Under the pieces are notes generated by a model. That model searched no databases. It was not told the origin of the DNA and was given only the letters and a program-made list of their open reading frames with translations. From an uncultured Thermoplasmata archaeon (GTDB lineage: Archaea > Thermoplasmatota > Thermoplasmata > Lutacidiplasmatales > UBA184), in the NCBI GenBank assembly GCA_963773945.1, contig CAVZDD010000004.1, positions 40,795-104,794 of the forward strand: a stretch of DNA of 64,000 nucleotides, in the 5' to 3' direction. Position numbers and translations under genes: made by a program. Positions 1 to 10,063 of this stretch are shown in pieces. The first letter of the stretch is position 1. Each line of letters starts with the position of its first letter.

Positions 1-176
1 GGGACGGTGGGAAGGGTGGCCCTCGGCCAGGAGGTTCTCGGTGGAATGACGATCGGAGTGCTCCGTACGGCCCCGAGAACCGCCTAGTCGGTCGTCGTCC
101 CGCCGGGCCCTCGTTCTCGCGTGCCGGCCGGCCCTCCGGCCCCATCGATCCTCCCGGTCTCGGACCGAGTGATCAA

Positions 177-917
177 ATGCCCAACACTCCCTATCTGGAC
201 AACAGCGTGCGTTGGCGGATCGATACCGGGAACGTGAGCTTTCACGAGCCCGGATACCGCGAGGTAGCGGAAGCGATCCTCGATGCGGGCCTCGCGACCG
301 AGGTCCTCCAGCGGATCGGGTCCGGGAAAGAGGCCGACGTGTACCTTTGCCTCGACGGGGGCCGTCGCCTCGCCGTGAAGTCGTACCGGTTGTACCGGAC
401 CAATCATCGCGGCGGCCGTCCGGTCAAGCTCGAAACGATGGGGCAGCAGGCGGAGCGAGAGTACGAGTTCCTCGTCCACGCGTGTCGGGGAGGAGTACGC
501 GTACCCGAACCCGTTCGCCGCGAGGAAAACATGTTGTCGATGGAGTATCTGGGTACCCTCGAGTCTCCGGCCCCGCGCCTGCAAGAGGTCACTCCGTCGA
601 ACCCGGCCCAGCTGGCGACGGAGACGTTGCAGGAAGTGGAGCGGTTGGCGGAGGCGGGCATCATTCACTCGGACCTGAGCCCCTTCAACGTCCTAATCGA
701 CCGGGACCACCCCTGGATCATCGACCTGGCGGTGGGAGTGTGGGTCGACCGACTGGGCACGTCTCCGTGGATGCGCCTCGAGGAAGCGAAGAACTTCCTA
801 AACCGGGGAGTGGGAGCCATGGTCCGGTACTTCCGGAAACACGGGGAGCAGATTGAAACGGAGGAATTCGTCGAGAGAATCCTGGACAAGCTCGACCGCT
901 TCGGGGTCCGTACGTGA
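177..917 (+). CDS. RIO-type serine/threonine protein kinase
   Basis: 246-aa ORF. It has the nucleotide-binding stretch 'IGSGKEADVY' and the catalytic loop 'IIHSDLSPFNVLI' followed by 'IIDL', as in archaeal/eukaryotic RIO kinases. The N-terminus is short with no wHTH, so it is Rio1/RioB-like rather than Rio2. Confidence 0.8.
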   Translation: MPNTPYLDNSVRWRIDTGNVSFHEPGYREVAEAILDAGLATEVLQRIGSGKEADVYLCLDGGRRLAVKSYRLYRTNHRGGRPVKLETMGQQAEREYEFLVHACRGGVRVPEPVRREENMLSMEYLGTLESPAPRLQEVTPSNPAQLATETLQEVERLAEAGIIHSDLSPFNVLIDRDHPWIIDLAVGVWVDRLGTSPWMRLEEAKNFLNRGVGAMVRYFRKHGEQIETEEFVERILDKLDRFGVRT

Positions 918-954
918 CTTCATCTGGCCCTCCCCCGTTCGCGCCCGGTGACCC

Positions 955-1803
955 ATGGGCGGGGAACACGAGGAAGGGACGCTTCCGGCCGGCGATGGAA
1001 CCCGGCTCTACTGGCAGTCCTGGAGACCCGACGGCACCCCGACGGCACTCCTGTTCGTCATCCACGGCCTCAAGGACCATAGCGAGCGGTACGCCGCGAT
1101 GGCCGCCGAATTGAACGCCCGGGGCATCGCGGTCGCGGCGTTCGACCTTCGAGGCCACGGACGCTCCGAGGGCCGCCGGGCCTGGGTGCGCCGGTTCGAG
1201 GAGTACCTCGACGACGCGGAGCTCGTGCTGCGGACGGTGCGGCACGAGTACCCTTCCACGCCGCTCTTTCTCTTCGGGCACAGTATGGGCGGCGCAATCG
1301 TCACCCGGATGGTCATCGAGCGACCTCCGTCGGTCGCCGGATTCGTACTGAGCGCTCCCGCGCTCGCGCCCGGCGCGGGCGTGTCCAATGTGGCCATCGG
1401 ATTCACCAAGTTCCTCTCCGCCATCGCTCCCGGCGCCGCGGTCTTCCGGACCGCGAACTCGGACTTCTCGCGGGACCCCACCGTCGTGGCGGCGATGGAC
1501 CAGGACCCGCTCATTTTCCAGAAACCGGCTCCGGCGCGAACCGCCGCCGAGTTGTTGCGGGCGATGGACCGTGTACGGGCCGGGACCCCGCGGCTTACCG
1601 TCCCGTTCCTTGCGATGCACGGGACGGCCGACCGGCTTACGAATCCCGCCGGAACCCAGGCCCTCCGCGACGGCGCGGCGTCCCCCGATAAAACCCTCCA
1701 GCTGTACCCGGGCCTCTACCACGACCTCGTCCACGAACCGGAGCGCGCCACGGTCCTCCGGGACCTGACGGGCTGGCTCGAAGCGCGCATCCCCGCGACC
1801 TGA
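955..1803 (+). CDS. alpha/beta hydrolase (lysophospholipase / monoacylglycerol lipase-like)
   Basis: 282-aa ORF with the nucleophile elbow 'GHSMGG', an 'IHG' oxyanion region and late 'MHGTADR' and 'HDL' elements, typical of the Hydrolase_4 family. Confidence 0.75.
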   Translation: MGGEHEEGTLPAGDGTRLYWQSWRPDGTPTALLFVIHGLKDHSERYAAMAAELNARGIAVAAFDLRGHGRSEGRRAWVRRFEEYLDDAELVLRTVRHEYPSTPLFLFGHSMGGAIVTRMVIERPPSVAGFVLSAPALAPGAGVSNVAIGFTKFLSAIAPGAAVFRTANSDFSRDPTVVAAMDQDPLIFQKPAPARTAAELLRAMDRVRAGTPRLTVPFLAMHGTADRLTNPAGTQALRDGAASPDKTLQLYPGLYHDLVHEPERATVLRDLTGWLEARIPAT

Positions 1804-1811
1804 CCGCCCCG

Positions 1812-3089
1812 GTGGTCCGGTCACGACTGGCTTGTACCGGTACGGGGTCGGTCGCGAGGACCCCTATGGCCGACATGGATCACCCTCCCCCGCCCGCCTC
1901 GGGCGTCCGACTACCGGCCATCGTCGCGCTCTTCGCCGGTGTGTTCGCGCTCGAGATCATGTGGACGACGGCGGAGATCCTCCTCCCGCTCATCGGGGTC
2001 TCGTTCCACGTCGGGGTGGCCCAGCTCGGTCTCGTGGTGGCCGGCTTTCCCATCGGGTACGCGGTGACTTCGCTCCCGTCGGGCCTGGCTGTGCTCCGGT
2101 GGGGGCATCGGACCACCCTGGTGCTCGGCTTGCTCCTGATGGGCATCGCGGGTTTGGCCTCCATCACCGCCACTTCCTCCACGGAGTTGGCGGCGCTACG
2201 CATCGCCGCGGGTGCCGGCGGAGGGCTGTTCTTCGCTCCGGCGCTTGCGTTCCAGGCCGAACTCCTCCCGGTGCGGTTCCGGTCGCTCGTCATCGGACTG
2301 TTCGTGAGCACCGGGCTCGGGTTCGGCGGAGCCCTCGGGTTTGTGCTCGGGTCCCTCTGGGGACCCACGTACGGCTGGGCCCTCGTGTTCGGCGTCGCCG
2401 CTTCCCTTTCCGTCGCCGTGGCGGTCGTCTGCGCGCTCTCGCTTCCGGCCCTTCACCACCCCGACGCGCCCCGTCGACCGCTGGATCGGCTTGCCACCGC
2501 GCGTCGGGTGCTCCGATCCCAGTCGGTCTGGGGAATTGCGGTGGGTTTCGCCGGCATCTCGATGGCCATCGCCGTTGGTCTGGACTTCATTTCCAAGTTC
2601 CTGCATGACGTGCACCCCGGATGGGGGCTCTCACTCGCGGGGATCCTCGGCGCGGTAGGACTTGTCTCGACGATTCCGGGGAGTCTGCTTGGGACCTGGG
2701 CCAGCGAGCGAGGGGCCGACCGAAGACTGGTGGCAGGGCTCGTCGTTCTCGTCTTTGGGACCCTCGCCATCACGATCCCGTTCTTGGATGCCGCGGAGCT
2801 CGTCGCAGACTTCGTTGTGCTAGGCCTCATGGCCGGCGCCACCCTTCCGATTTTCTTCGAAATGCTCTCACATATCCCCGAAGTACAGGGGGGCGGGTCG
2901 GCCGTCGCCGTCGGATTCTTGGAAACCAGCCAAACGGTGTGCCAGGGCGTCGCCGCGTTGGCCTTCGCCCTCGCCGTGTTGCTGAGCGGCTACACGTGGA
3001 GCTGGATCGCCTTCGGAGCGCTGGCCATCGCCACCTTGCCTGCCCTTGCGTTCGTGGTACCGAACCGGGCGACTCCGTACCCGACCTGA
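1812..3089 (+). CDS. MFS-type transporter
   Basis: 425-aa highly hydrophobic ORF with about 12 helix-length hydrophobic segments in two halves. The start is GTG 1812. ATG 1866 (MADMDH...) is an alternative start. Confidence 0.65.
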   Translation: MVRSRLACTGTGSVARTPMADMDHPPPPASGVRLPAIVALFAGVFALEIMWTTAEILLPLIGVSFHVGVAQLGLVVAGFPIGYAVTSLPSGLAVLRWGHRTTLVLGLLLMGIAGLASITATSSTELAALRIAAGAGGGLFFAPALAFQAELLPVRFRSLVIGLFVSTGLGFGGALGFVLGSLWGPTYGWALVFGVAASLSVAVAVVCALSLPALHHPDAPRRPLDRLATARRVLRSQSVWGIAVGFAGISMAIAVGLDFISKFLHDVHPGWGLSLAGILGAVGLVSTIPGSLLGTWASERGADRRLVAGLVVLVFGTLAITIPFLDAAELVADFVVLGLMAGATLPIFFEMLSHIPEVQGGGSAVAVGFLETSQTVCQGVAALAFALAVLLSGYTWSWIAFGALAIATLPALAFVVPNRATPYPT

Positions 3090-3180
3090 ACCCAGCCGAA
3101 TCCTACCGGGGGGCGGGGTAGGAAAAGCCCCAAACCGAATGATTAAGTAGGCCGTTCCGGACTCCGGGCCGGGTGATTTT

Positions 3181-4326
3181 TTGAAGGCAAATGTCTACCG
3201 CGGACCGTACCAACTGGCGATTGAAGACAAACCGAAACCCAAGATCAAAGACTCGACCGATGTCGTGCTCAAGATCACGGCGAGCTGCATTTGCGGCTCC
3301 GACCTCCACCTCTTTCACGGGCTGATCAGCCCGGACCTGCCGGGGCAGATCCTCGGTCACGAGAACGTTGGGATCGTCGACGAGGTCGGAAGCGCGGTCC
3401 ACTGGGTGAAGAAAGGCGACCGTGTGGTCGTTCCGTTCAATATCAGCTGCGGTGCCTGCGAGTTCTGCAATAGCGGGCTCTGGTCGATGTGCGACAATGC
3501 CAACCCGTTCTATCCAAAGGGACCTGGCGCGGCGTTTGGTTACGCGAAACTGCTCGGGGGCTTCGATGGCGGACAAGCCGAGTACCTCCGCGTTCCGTAC
3601 GCCGACACGATGTGCCTCCAGATCCCGGATGGTGTTCGCGACGACCAGGCCGTCCTGCTGGCCGACATCTTCCCGACCGGCTACTTCGGCTGCGACATCG
3701 CCGGCGTGAAGCCGGGCCACATCGTGGCCGTCGGCGGTTGCGGGCCGGTCGGCCTCATGGCCCAGATGGCGGCCCTGCTCCGCGGCGCGGCGAAGGTCTA
3801 CGCCTTCGACCGGGTGCCGGAGCGGCTCGCGATGGCGAAGAAGATCGGTGCCACACCGGTGAACGTGGACAAGGAAGACCCGGTCCAACGCGTCCTCGAC
3901 GACACCGACCAGGCCGGCGCGGATGCCTGCGTCGAGGCGGTCGGGTATGAGGCGACGGGGAAGGGCGTGATGGCGCCGGGCCCGAAGGTCGAGGCAAAGC
4001 CGCTCGTGGTGCTCGAGACATTGATGAAGGTCGCCAAAAAGGGCGCCATCATCGGGATGCCGGGACTGTTCGCCCCCACGCCGCAGGACAAGGAGGGACG
4101 CGTAAGCTTCCCGCTGGGCGCGGCGTTCACCCGGGAGCTCGGCTTCCGGATGGGGCAGTGCAACGTGAAGAACTACAACCGGTACCTCATGCGGGCGATC
4201 GAGAACGGTCGCGTTGACCCCTCGATCGTGATCACCCACCGGGAACCGCTCGAGAACGCACCCAGGCTGTACGAACAGTTCGACAAGCGGCTCGGGGGCA
4301 TCATCAAGGTCGTTCTGAAGCCGTAG
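3181..4326 (+). CDS. zinc-dependent dehydrogenase, glutathione-independent formaldehyde dehydrogenase-like (MDR family)
   Basis: 381-aa ORF with a TTG start. It has the catalytic-zinc motif 'CGSDLH', the structural-zinc cysteine cluster 'CGACEFCNSGLWSMC' and the Rossmann motif 'VGGCGPVG'. Confidence 0.8.
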   Translation: MKANVYRGPYQLAIEDKPKPKIKDSTDVVLKITASCICGSDLHLFHGLISPDLPGQILGHENVGIVDEVGSAVHWVKKGDRVVVPFNISCGACEFCNSGLWSMCDNANPFYPKGPGAAFGYAKLLGGFDGGQAEYLRVPYADTMCLQIPDGVRDDQAVLLADIFPTGYFGCDIAGVKPGHIVAVGGCGPVGLMAQMAALLRGAAKVYAFDRVPERLAMAKKIGATPVNVDKEDPVQRVLDDTDQAGADACVEAVGYEATGKGVMAPGPKVEAKPLVVLETLMKVAKKGAIIGMPGLFAPTPQDKEGRVSFPLGAAFTRELGFRMGQCNVKNYNRYLMRAIENGRVDPSIVITHREPLENAPRLYEQFDKRLGGIIKVVLKP

Positions 4327-4408
4327 AGCCCACTCCCCCAACCCCTTCGCACCCTCCTCCAAGGACGGCGGCGCGCGGAGCGCCGACCCGAACGTTTTTG
4401 ACGGGGAT

Positions 4409-4672
4409 TTGGATGTGGCGGCCATGCCGCTCTATATGGACACCCACCGGAACGTGAAGGGCGTGACTGCGCAAGCCGTGGCCGAGGCACACGCGAAGGA
4501 CCTCAAGGTGCAAGGGAAGCACGGCGTGAACTACCGAAACTACTGGGTCGACGAGAAGAGCGAAACGATCTATTGCCTCGTCGAGGCCCCCAACCCGGAG
4601 GCGGCGGCGCGCGTTCACAAAGAAGCCCACGGCCTCGTTGCCAACGAGATCCACGAGGTCCACCAAGGCTGA
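4409..4672 (+). CDS. DUF4242-like small protein
   Basis: 87-aa ORF. 'MPLYMDTHR', 'YWVDEKSETIYCLVEAPN' and 'HKEAHGL' follow the DUF4242/SCO4226-like pattern. The likely true start is ATG 4424. Confidence 0.6.
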   Translation: MDVAAMPLYMDTHRNVKGVTAQAVAEAHAKDLKVQGKHGVNYRNYWVDEKSETIYCLVEAPNPEAAARVHKEAHGLVANEIHEVHQG

Positions 4673-4801
4673 AGGGGCGAACCCCCGCCTCCTGACCAGA
4701 CCCGTCCGACTCCCCTCCGGGCGTCCTCCTCACGCCCCGGCCCGGCAGTTCCCGGAAGTGGTAAGTAGCCCGTCCGGCTCCCCGGCGCCGAGGGACCAAT
4801 C

Positions 4802-5206
4802 ATGGCAGACATCACCCACACGCAGGCCTGGGCCGCACTCGAAGCCGCGATGAAAAAGGCTCAGGAACTGAAGACCAAGATGGACATCGCGATCGTCGAC
4901 GCAGGTGCGAACCTGAAGGGATTTATCCGTATGGACGAGGCCTGGATCGGCAGCATCGACATTGCCCACAAGAAGGCGAAAACCGCGCGGTACTTCAACA
5001 TGAACACGGGCGAGATCGGAAAGCTCTCCCAGCCCGGCGGCCCGCTCTACAATATCGAACACTCCAATGGGGGCCTCATCAGCTTCCCGGGCGGCATCCC
5101 GATCAAGAACGCCCAGGGCGAGGTCATCGGGGCGATCGGCGTCAGTGGCAGCACGGTCGAGCACGACCACGCCGTCGCCGAGGCCGGCGCGAAGGCCGTG
5201 CACTGA
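4802..5206 (+). CDS. GlcG/HbpS-like (DUF336) heme-binding family protein
   Basis: 134-aa ORF. '[17 protein letters not shown]', '[12 protein letters not shown]' and '[20 protein letters not shown]' match the GlcG/DUF336 signature. Confidence 0.75.
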   Translation: MADITHTQAWAALEAAMKKAQELKTKMDIAIVDAGANLKGFIRMDEAWIGSIDIAHKKAKTARYFNMNTGEIGKLSQPGGPLYNIEHSNGGLISFPGGIPIKNAQGEVIGAIGVSGSTVEHDHAVAEAGAKAVH

Positions 5207-5218
5207 ACCACTTGTCCT

Positions 5219-5242
5219 CGCGGGGCGGAGTTCCGCCCCGCG
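5219..5242 (+). terminator. perfect 10-bp GC hairpin after the GlcG-like gene
   Basis: CGCGGGGCGG (5219-5228), loop AGTT, CCGCCCCGCG (5233-5242), starting 13 nt after the stop codon. No oligo-T follows, so terminator function is inferred only. Confidence 0.35.
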
Positions 5243-5250
5243 GCCCCACT

Positions 5251-5259
5251 AGTTTGAAA
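5251..5259 (+). promoter_or_regulatory. TATA/BRE-like element AGTTTGAAA
   Basis: The same 9-mer occurs upstream of both Kelch-PKD paralogs (56749, 59132). It lies 27-35 nt upstream of ATG 5286. Confidence 0.4.
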
Positions 5260-5282
5260 GGTTCCCGGGCTCTCCGGGAACC
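5260..5282 (+). promoter_or_regulatory. perfect 9-bp inverted repeat between TATA-like box and start codon (operator-like)
   Basis: GGTTCCCGG (5260-5268), loop GCTCT, CCGGGAACC (5274-5282). It ends 3 nt before ATG 5286. Confidence 0.35.
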
Positions 5283-5285
5283 ACC

Positions 5286-5663
5286 ATGAGATTCCTTTAC
5301 ACCGGCGTGGAGGTCACCGACCTCGACCGGTCGATCCGTTTCTACCAAGAGGGACTCGGCATGGAGGTCGCGGGTCGGGGACTCGTGGCGGCGACCGGCG
5401 GGGAGACCGCGACGCTCCACACACCCGGGTCGCACCAGATGCTGGAATTGAACTGGTATCCCTCCTCGAAATACACCCCCGGCAGCGAGCTCGACCACCT
5501 GGCCTTCGAGGTCGAGGACGTGGAGGCGACGGCGTCCCGGCTCGTCGAACTCGGCGGACGCGTGGTCCGGGAGGTTGAGCACCAGGCGGAGTACGACCTG
5601 GCCTACGTGGCCGACCCCGACGGGATCTGGATCGAGCTGGTCCAGCCCAAGCCCCATCACTGA
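5286..5663 (+). CDS. VOC family protein (glyoxalase I / lactoylglutathione lyase-like)
   Basis: 125-aa ORF. 'MRFLYTGVEVTDLDRSIRFY', 'LELNWY', 'HLAFEVEDV' and 'DPDGIWIELVQ' are typical of single-module glyoxalase/VOC proteins. Confidence 0.8.
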   Translation: MRFLYTGVEVTDLDRSIRFYQEGLGMEVAGRGLVAATGGETATLHTPGSHQMLELNWYPSSKYTPGSELDHLAFEVEDVEATASRLVELGGRVVREVEHQAEYDLAYVADPDGIWIELVQPKPHH

Positions 5664-6328
5664 GGCCCCGGGAGAACCCCGCCCGGCTTGCGGTCCGCTA
5701 CGAACAGATAGTGCGTCTCGGCACGCCGGTCCAGCCGAACCCGGTCGAAGCCGGCACCCGAAAGCGCGCTGCACCGGCGTTCCGAGAAGAACGTGTGGGG
5801 GACCGTGTGGCCGGACGGTCCCCCCTGGTTGGGCGGCACCAGCGGGACCTTCTCTCGAAGGGGATGGGTATCGTCCCGGACGCACCAGAGGTGGAGGCCA
5901 CCGGGGCGTAGTACTCGACGCACGGCGGCGAAGAGCCGGCCGAGCTCGTCGTCCGATAACGTCTCGTAGAGCACGAGCCCGACCACCGCCGATACGCTCT
6001 CGGGAGGAAGGCCCGTCAGGTACGGTTCGGCATCGGCTGCGTCAAGGGTGGCCCGCGCCGAGACTTCAGCGGGCAAGGTCGCCAAGAGCTGGCGGGCGAT
6101 GCGGATCGCTTCGGGAGAGAAGTCGACGCCCCGCACCTGGAAACCGTTCTCCAGAAGGAATCGAAGGTCCCGGCCGGCGCCCGACCCGATCTCGACCAGG
6201 TCGGTGCCGGGTGTCGAGCTCAGGAAGGGAAGGGCCCATCGGATGAAACCGCTCGGACCGGCGCCGAGCTGGCCCTCGACGGTGCTCCAGTAGAGATCCC
6301 ACGCGGCGGCACGCGGGTCCTCGGGCAC
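5657..6328 (-). CDS. class I SAM-dependent methyltransferase
   Basis: 223-aa ORF with motif I 'LVEIGSGAGRD', an acidic post-I 'VRGVDFS' and motif 'LRPGGLHL'. It is convergent with the VOC gene, with a 7-nt overlap. Confidence 0.75.
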   Translation of the reverse strand: MPEDPRAAAWDLYWSTVEGQLGAGPSGFIRWALPFLSSTPGTDLVEIGSGAGRDLRFLLENGFQVRGVDFSPEAIRIARQLLATLPAEVSARATLDAADAEPYLTGLPPESVSAVVGLVLYETLSDDELGRLFAAVRRVLRPGGLHLWCVRDDTHPLREKVPLVPPNQGGPSGHTVPHTFFSERRCSALSGAGFDRVRLDRRAETHYLFVADRKPGGVLPGPQ

Positions 6329-6368
6329 ACGGGAACGATCGGACCGCCGGCTCTTCTACGTTCGGACG

Positions 6369-7262
6369 CTAATGTCCGGGGGTCGTCCGCCCCACGTCCT
6401 CGAGAAACGCCGCGAGTACCGCCATGAACGTCTCTCGCTCCTCCCAGAAGGGGGTGTGAGAACTCTTCTCGAAGGTAACCCGGCGGGCCCCGGGGATTCC
6501 CTGGTGGATCTGCTCGGCGCACGCCGGAGTCACCTCGTCGTATCGGCCACCGGTCACGAGCGTCGGAACTCGGATCTTGGGCAGGTCCGGCGTGATATTG
6601 ATGTTCCGGATCGTGCCCGTGATCGTGAACTCGTTCGGGCCGTTCATGTATCGATAGACCGGCCGCTCGTCCCCTAACTTGAGCGTCCGCACGAGGTCGG
6701 GGGGCCACTCGGGCAATCGGCACAGGTACGTGTGATAGAACAGATTCGTGGCCCGGACGTAGTCCGGGTGCGTGAACTCCCCCCGGGCGGAATGAACTCG
6801 GATCGCCTGCGCCTCCGCGGCCGGGAGTTCATCGATCAAACGGTCCATCTCGGCCGTCGCGAACGGCACGTCGGGCAAGCCCCCGATGGTGACGAGGCTT
6901 CGCAGATGCGCCTGGTACTTGATCGCGTACGCGAGGGCCAGCAATCCGCCGTAGCTCGATCCGACCAGATGTACGCGGCCCAGGCCCAACGCGGTCCGGA
7001 TGCCCTCCGTCTCCTCCACGTGGTGTTCGAGGGTGAACAAGTCGGTCCCCGGTGGAATCTCCGACCGGCCGCATGCCAATTGGTCGAAGAAAACGACCCG
7101 GTAGCCCCACCGGGTCAGGTCGCGAAGCGGCAGGAGGTAATCGTGGCTGCTTCCCGGCCCCCCGTGCAGCGCGAGAATCGTTCCCTTTCCTTCGGCCGGG
7201 CCCGCGGACCGGAAATAGAGGTTGTAGCCGAGGACCCGGACGAATCCTTCCTGGTCTTCCAT
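6369..7262 (-). CDS. proline iminopeptidase family hydrolase (tricorn-interacting factor F1-like)
   Basis: 'LHGGPGSSHDY' oxyanion motif and 'GSSYGG' nucleophile elbow. The ORF is open to 7382, but the conserved N-terminus starts at ATG 7262 (MEDQEGF...). Confidence 0.8.
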   Translation of the reverse strand: MEDQEGFVRVLGYNLYFRSAGPAEGKGTILALHGGPGSSHDYLLPLRDLTRWGYRVVFFDQLACGRSEIPPGTDLFTLEHHVEETEGIRTALGLGRVHLVGSSYGGLLALAYAIKYQAHLRSLVTIGGLPDVPFATAEMDRLIDELPAAEAQAIRVHSARGEFTHPDYVRATNLFYHTYLCRLPEWPPDLVRTLKLGDERPVYRYMNGPNEFTITGTIRNINITPDLPKIRVPTLVTGGRYDEVTPACAEQIHQGIPGARRVTFEKSSHTPFWEERETFMAVLAAFLEDVGRTTPGH

Positions 7263-7426
7263 CGACGCCTTCGGTCGCGGGGGGCGACGGTGTTCCGCTA
7301 GATGAACCCCCCTTCGGCTTTCTGACCGCGGCGGGTCCGAAAGCCGTGCCCGGGTATGAATTCGCGTTGGGCGAAGGTCCATAAAGGGTCAGGGGGGATA
7401 GTACGCCAGACAAAGAGGATGGCTCG

Positions 7427-7744
7427 ATGAACTGTACCGGATGCGGCGCGATCGTGCCGGAAGGAGCCACGGCCTGCCCGGCCTGCGGCCGGCCCGCGGT
7501 GATGCCTCCGCCCCCCTCGAGCTCGTCCCGCGTTACCACCCCGATCCGGAAGGTTGCGAGCGCGACGGCGGCCGCCTCCAAGGAGATGTACTCCGACGCG
7601 AAGAAGACTGGCAAAACGGCGCTCGGCGAGGCGAAGATCGCGGTCCGCGACGTAAGCACGTTGACCCGCCAAGCCGTCGACGAGGTCGGCAAGGGGCTCG
7701 AAAGCCTCGGCAAGGACCTCCAGAAGGGCAAGAAAGACAAGTGA
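7427..7744 (+). CDS. small zinc-ribbon protein with Lys/Ala-rich tail
   Basis: 105-aa ORF. The N-terminal 'CTGCGAIVPEGATACPACG' is a CxxC...CxxC ribbon. The rest is low complexity and helical. Confidence 0.5.
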   Translation: MNCTGCGAIVPEGATACPACGRPAVMPPPPSSSSRVTTPIRKVASATAAASKEMYSDAKKTGKTALGEAKIAVRDVSTLTRQAVDEVGKGLESLGKDLQKGKKDK

Positions 7745-7790
7745 GGCCCGACGTGGTGCGCCCCGTCGGCCGCCCGAGGCGGGGACGCAC

Positions 7791-8279
7791 GTGATGCTTC
7801 AACGGGGCGAGAAGATCCTGACGCAAGGCCCCGCGACGTCCCTCACCCACGGGAAAGCCTCCGGCCTGCTCTTCCTCACGAATTACCGGCTCGTCTTCGA
7901 GACCAGCCACCCCGGACTGATCCGCGCCGGTACGACCTCGACACTCCTCGACCTGCCCCTGGAAGCGGTGAGCGATGCCCACGTCAATCGGCCGCGACTT
8001 CGGATTCGATTCCTCGATTCGTCGCGCCTGAGATTCCAGACGCACCGTGGAGAGGTGGACTTCGTCGTCGACCACCCGGAGGTCTGGCGCCAATTCTTCG
8101 CCGGCGCGAAGCGCGAGAGCTACCTGCCCTCCGACGTCCCGGCGCCGCCGCCCGTCTCCGTCCACATCACGGTGCCTCCGTCGTCGCCGGCGACCGCGAT
8201 CCACATCCGATGCCCCTACTGCCGGTCCACCTACGAAGAGAGCCGAGGACGATGTCCCACCTGCGGGGCCACGGCCTGA
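7791..8279 (+). CDS. PH/GRAM-like domain protein with C-terminal zinc ribbon
   Basis: 162-aa ORF. 'GEKILTQG...GLLFLTNYRLVFE' resembles bacterial PH/GRAM modules. The C-terminal 'CPYCRSTYEESRGRCPTCG' is a ribbon. Confidence 0.5.
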   Translation: MMLQRGEKILTQGPATSLTHGKASGLLFLTNYRLVFETSHPGLIRAGTTSTLLDLPLEAVSDAHVNRPRLRIRFLDSSRLRFQTHRGEVDFVVDHPEVWRQFFAGAKRESYLPSDVPAPPPVSVHITVPPSSPATAIHIRCPYCRSTYEESRGRCPTCGATA

Positions 8280-8295
8280 GCGGAGGGACGGCCCC

Positions 8296-9880
8296 CTAGG
8301 GCGTCCGGAGCAGTTCGTCCAAGAACCCCACCGGTGGTGCGCCGAAGCTCAAGACTCGGTCGTGGAAGGCCCGGAGCGACCCGCCGAACTGCGGACCGAG
8401 GTGCTTGGCGCGCGCGTCGAGGATCGCGAGCTTGCCGAGCGTGTAGCCGAGGTAGGACGGGTCGTACGTGCCCCGGCCGGCTTCACGTTGCGCGACGATC
8501 GGCGCGTTGTATCCTTCGCGTTCGAACACCGCCGTCGCTTCGGCGATCGACATCCCTTGCGTGTGGAGTCCGACCGAGGCGATCAGCCGACAGTCGCGCA
8601 GAAGCGCATCGTACAGCTGGGCCGCCTCCGCTTCCGCCGCGCCGGCGCCGAGCCCCTGTTCCACCACAAGCTGCTCGGCATAGTGCGCCCACCCTTCCGT
8701 GAATGCGTTGGATTGGAACGTCTTCCGGGCGAGGCTCCCGACCGAGCGCCGGAGGTGCAGGAACTGGAGGTAATGGCCCGGATAGACCTCGTGGACCGTG
8801 ACGTTCCGCAGCACCGCGTCGTTAAACGAACGCAGCCACGCGTCCTGGGTCTCGGGTGTCCAGGCCGGGTCGACGGGGGTAACGAAGTACATCCCTTCCG
8901 CGGCGGCATCGAACGGTCCGGGGGGGTTCATGCTGGCGGTCGACATCTCGCGATGATACGCGGGCGTCTCCTCGACCCGGCAGTCCGCGGGTTCCGGGAT
9001 CGTCGCGAGCTCCTTTTCCCGGACGAACAGCTTCGTCTCTTCGACGAACTCGCGAGCGCGCGCGATCAGTTGCCCTGACGTCGGATGCGTCTGCGCGGCC
9101 CGGTCCAGAAGCCCCGGCCCATCGGTCGGCGGCTGCGCGGCGGCCGCGATGGTCCGGAGGCGCGTCTGGTTCCGCTCGAGGTCGGCGCGGCCCGCGGCCA
9201 GGATATCGGCAAACGGGGCCCGGACCCTCTCCCGGACCCAGAGGAGCTTCTGGTACCGCTCGGGTCCGAGCGCAAACGCGTTGGTGGCTCGCGGGAGCCA
9301 GTCCTTTTCGAGGCGCGCGGCAAACGCCTGGACAGCGGCGACCGCCGGGTCCCGGACCTCGCGGACCCGTTCCCAGGAGGCGTCGCTGGACGACCGGACC
9401 ACCGGCTCGACATCGCGATAGTTCGACTGGATTCCCCGGGCAATCCCGATCGCGAGCCGGACAAAGGGAGCCGGAACCTCTGGATCGAGGCGGTGGAGGC
9501 CGATGCTCAGGAACGCGGGTACCGCGGACAGGTGGCGGTGGATCGCTTCGATTCGCGTGGGGAGGGGCGCATACGCGCGCACCGTGTACGCGGTCAGGGA
9601 AAGGCCCGTAAGGTAGACCATGGGATTCTGGTCGTAGTCCCGGGAGTCCTGGAGGTCGAACAGCGGGCTTTCGAGGGACATCTCGAGAAGCGTCCGGTCG
9701 GTACCGACGACTGGGGGAGACTCCGTCGGACGGTACCTCCCTCAAGCGACGGAGGAGCGTGTTCGCCCGGTCGGTCCAGCGCTCGGTGGCGTCCGGGCTG
9801 AGGTCCGGCAGCCGGCCGTCGTAGTCATGGAGGCCGAGGGTGACCGCCGAGCCTGGAGCCAAGGTGAACAGGTGGTCCAC
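8296..9880 (-). CDS. DUF885 family protein, apparent frameshift
   Basis: The main ORF 8296..9681 carries the DUF885 'HEVYPGHYLQ' motif. The conserved N-terminus ('GLHDYDGRLPDLSPDA') is in ORF 8822..9880 in another frame. The frames meet at the G5 run 9713-9717. Confidence 0.75.
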
Positions 9881-10063
9881 GACCTCATGCTCGAGGGCGT
9901 TGAGTTCTAACTCGCGATCCGAATTTCCCAGTGTCCCACCGGCTCTGTCACGGGGGTGACGCAGCCGCCCCCAGAACCCATCGGACCGCTTCGTGCGGGA
10001 AAAGAGTGGCGGGTCGATTGGGCCGGGTCGAAGTCCCCTCCGCTCCCCGACGGGGCGGAGAGT

